Shown here: in pieces, positions 13,204 to 16,167 of the stretch
Numbering within the stretch: position 1 is the first letter of the stretch
Layout: each line of letters begins with the position of its first letter
NCBI GenBank assembly: GCA_016903675.1
Contig: JADQBA010000180.1
Coordinates: 1-16,167 of the forward strand
Direction of reading: 5' to 3'
DNA length: 16,167 nt
Source of the DNA: Stigonema ocellatum SAG 48.90 = DSM 106950
Lineage (GTDB): Bacteria; Cyanobacteriota; Cyanobacteriia; Cyanobacteriales; Nostocaceae
The notes under the pieces: model-generated
The model's input: only the letters and a program-made list of their open reading frames with translations
Databases searched by the model: none
What the model was told of the DNA's origin: nothing
Program-made: the position numbers and the translations under genes

Positions 13204-16167
13204 GTGACATCTATAGAACGCACGGCTTATCCCAGATTCAAACGCTATTTCACGACCAAAGAACTCGGAGAAATTTACACTCCGACAAAATCTGAAATTG
13301 CGTTTGCTTATAGCACTACCAACGGTCAGAGTAACATTTTAAACTTGGTAGTTTTCTTAAAGACATTCCAGCGTCTTGGTTATTTTCCCAAGATTGTTGA
13401 AGTCCCTAATTCAATATTAAATCATGTAAGAGGCTGTTTAAAACTACCGACTGAAATAGGTTTGGTTTATGAAAACTCTAAAACAATGTATCGGCATCGA
13501 ACGGCTATCCGTGAGTATCTTAAAATTAATCCTTTTGACAAAAATGCACGGAACTTTTGCGTTCAGTCTGTCTACGAATCTGCGCAGGTGATGGATAATC
13601 CGGCTGATTTAATCAATGTAGCCATTGGGGAATTAGTTAAGCAACGGTATGAACTACCTGGATTTAACACTTTAGACCGATTGGTAGGTCGGGTGAGGAC
13701 TTTGGTTAACCAAAAGCTATTTTCTTTGGTAATTAGCCGACTTGAGGATGATTATATACAGAGGTTGAATGACTTATTGTCTAGTCATTCTGTTGAGCGA
13801 CGCAGTCCCTATAATGACTTGAAACAGCTACCAAAACGTCCAACCCGTGACCATCTTAACGATTTAATTGTTCATCTAACTTGGCTTGATTCACTTGGAG
13901 AGGTCAAAGCATTTCTCAACAATATTACAGTAGCAAAAATCCAACATTTCGCGGCTGAAGCTAGAGTATTAGAAGAAGAGTGAAGTTAAGGAGATTAATC
14001 AGCCAAAACGTATCACACTCCTGTTATCTTTAATTTACGCGGCTCAAGTGCAAACCAGAGATAACTTAGTATCTATGTTTCTCACTCATATTGCGGACTA
14101 TTCATAACAGTGCTAAAGAGGAATTAGAGGAACTTCGACAGAAAAACCAAGAAACTATCGAAAAATTGGTGGGTGTTTTTAGTAATGTCCTACAGGTATT
14201 CGTCGAGCCGCCACCAGATACGGAAGTGATTCAGCTTTGTTATCAGGTGTTTGAACCTGTTGGGGGAGCACAGCAACTATTAAATGAATGTGAGGGGGTT
14301 AACGCTTATAAGGGGAATAACTATCTCCCTTTAATATGGCGATTTTACAAGAGTCATCGCAGTGCATTTTTCCGATTACTTAATGCGCTAAAGTTTGAGT
14401 CTACCAGTCAAGAGCAAACTATTATCGAGGCTGTCAAGTTTTTACAATTAAATGCAAATCGCCGTACTGAGTTCTTTCCAGATACGTTAGATTTATCTTT
14501 TGCTTCCCCACAGTGGCTGAAACTATTGAAGGTTCAACAAGGAGAAAAAAACAAAATTGTCCGTCGTCCTAAGCGAAGTTTGTGTATTCTCCTATCTAGA
14601 AGCAGAACTTAGGTCAGCGGACATTTGTGTCATTGGAAGCGAAGACTATGCCGACTACCGAGAGCAGTTAGCTAGTTGGTCAGAATGTCAACCATTGGTA
14701 GCTAAATATTGTGAGAATTTAGGTTTTCCTGACACAGCTTCTGGGTTTGTAGCACAATTAAAATCTTGGTTGATAGATACTGCTACCTCGGTAGATGCAG
14801 GTTATTCAGATAATCGACAGATTGTAATTAACGCTTCGGGAGAGCCAGTTTTAAAAAGACCATCTCGGATTGAATTAAGCCCTTCTGCTCAAATTCTTTC
14901 ACAAGCAGTTGAAGAAAGATTTCCCGAACGTAATCTTGTCGATATCCTGAGAAATGTAGACTACTGGACTAATTTTACGCGGCACTTTGGGCCGATGAGT
15001 GGTTCTGATCCAAAACTAGAACATGCTACTGAACGTTATCTTCTAACTACCTTTACTTATGGATGTAATTTGGGAGCAACTCAGGCAGCACGTCATATGC
15101 GGGGAGTGGTAACTGCCAAAGAGTTATCGTTTGTGAATCGGCGTCATGTAAGTGGAGATAAACTTCAGAAGGCACTAACTGATATAATTAACCGCTACAA
15201 TGTTTTGAATATACCAAAAATTTGGGGCGACGGTACAACAGCAGCAGCAGATGGGACAAAGTATGAACTTTACGAAGAAAATCTCCTGTCTGAATATCAC
15301 ATTCGCTATGGTGGTTATGGTGGAATTGCTTACCACCATGTAGCTGATAGTTATGTGGCATTATTTAGCCACTTTATTCCTTGTGGAACCTGGGAAGCAG
15401 TTTACATTATTGAAGGTTTATTGAAAAATTTCTCAGATATTCAGCCTGATACTATTTATGCTGATACCCAAGGTCAATCAACACCTGTATTTGCACTATC
15501 ATACCTGTTGGGGATTAAGTTAATGCCCCGCATTCGCAACTGGAAAGATTTGAATTTTTATCGTCCTGATAAGAATACTGTTTATAAACATATTGATTCT
15601 CTTTTTAAGGATACTATTGACTGGGGAATAATTGAAACACACTGGCAAGATTTATTACAGGTTGTACTTTCAATTCAAACCGGGAAAATTTCTTCAGCTT
15701 TATTGTTGAGAAAGTTGGGAAACTACAGTCGGAAGAACAGACTTTATCAAGCATTCCAGGAATTGGGACGAGTCGTCAGGACAGTATTTTTGTTGTTGTA
15801 TATTTTCGATATACAAATGCGCTCCTTAATTACTGCTGCAACCAACAAGGTAGAATCGTATCACGGCTTTTCCAAATGGTTTGGCTTTGGAGGGTTTGGA
15901 ATTATTGCTCATAATGACCCCATAGAACAAGAAAAGATGATCAAGTATAACGATTTGATTGCGAATGCTGTTATCTTCCACAACGTGGTGGATTTGACTG
16001 ATATTTTGCGTGATTTGAAACGTGATGGCTATTTAATTCTTCGTGAAGATGTAGCCGCTTTGAGTCCATACATGACTAGTCATATTAAACGATTTGGTGA
16101 TTATTTGATTGATTTGGATACTGTGCCGCAGACATTAGATGAGATTGGGGCTTTTGTTTTAATTTAG
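13204..16167 (+). pseudogene. tnpA: Tn3-family DDE transposase, disrupted by three +1 frame changes
   Basis: GTG 13204 gives MTSIERTAYPRF (DUF4158-type TnpA N-terminus). DDE region AADGTKY / YADTQGQS / NKVESYHGF. The span of 988 codons matches full-length TnpA. The protein-like reading moves through frames 1>2>0>1 at about 13973-13981, 14090-14094 and 14568-14574. Confidence 0.9.

Larger units (their letters stand above)
11507..16167 (+). mobile_element. Tn3-family transposon, left end to tnpA stop (right end outside window), probably immobilised
   Basis: Candidate IR, a tyrosine recombinase, a divergent HTH/zinc-ribbon gene, and a Tn3-type DDE transposase with three frame disruptions. Confidence 0.5.

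Overview
This 16.2-kb window looks like an accessory region, probably part of a plasmid or mobile island of a filamentous (Nostocales-like) cyanobacterium. Support for that: six copies of the HIP1 octamer GCGATCGC, a small parA plus ribbon-helix-helix partition pair, and gene families common in such genomes. Contents from left to right. (i) An NLR-like STAND NTPase (NB-ARC plus six near-identical 42-aa TPR units) whose 146-aa N-terminal module is separated from the NTPase by a single in-frame TGA. (ii) A repeat-dense region of gene debris in which a kinase-fold phosphotransferase gene is bracketed by a perfect 22-bp inverted repeat. (iii) parA/RHH partition genes with a recurring GTGGACATG motif. 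(iv) Four short genes encoding double-glycine-type leader peptides. Two of them share a roughly 88% identical leader but unrelated cores, and each of those two is followed by a conserved 69-nt block. A secreted multi-domain lectin-like protein (DUF4114-like plus ricin-type beta-trefoil) sits among them. (v) The left part of a Tn3-family transposon: a candidate GGGG terminal repeat, an intact tyrosine recombinase, a divergent XRE-HTH/double-zinc-ribbon gene, and a tnpA broken by three +1 frame changes that ends at the window edge. I saw no rRNA, tRNA or CRISPR array. All family assignments come from motifs read by eye and all identities from manual alignment. No database search was possible.
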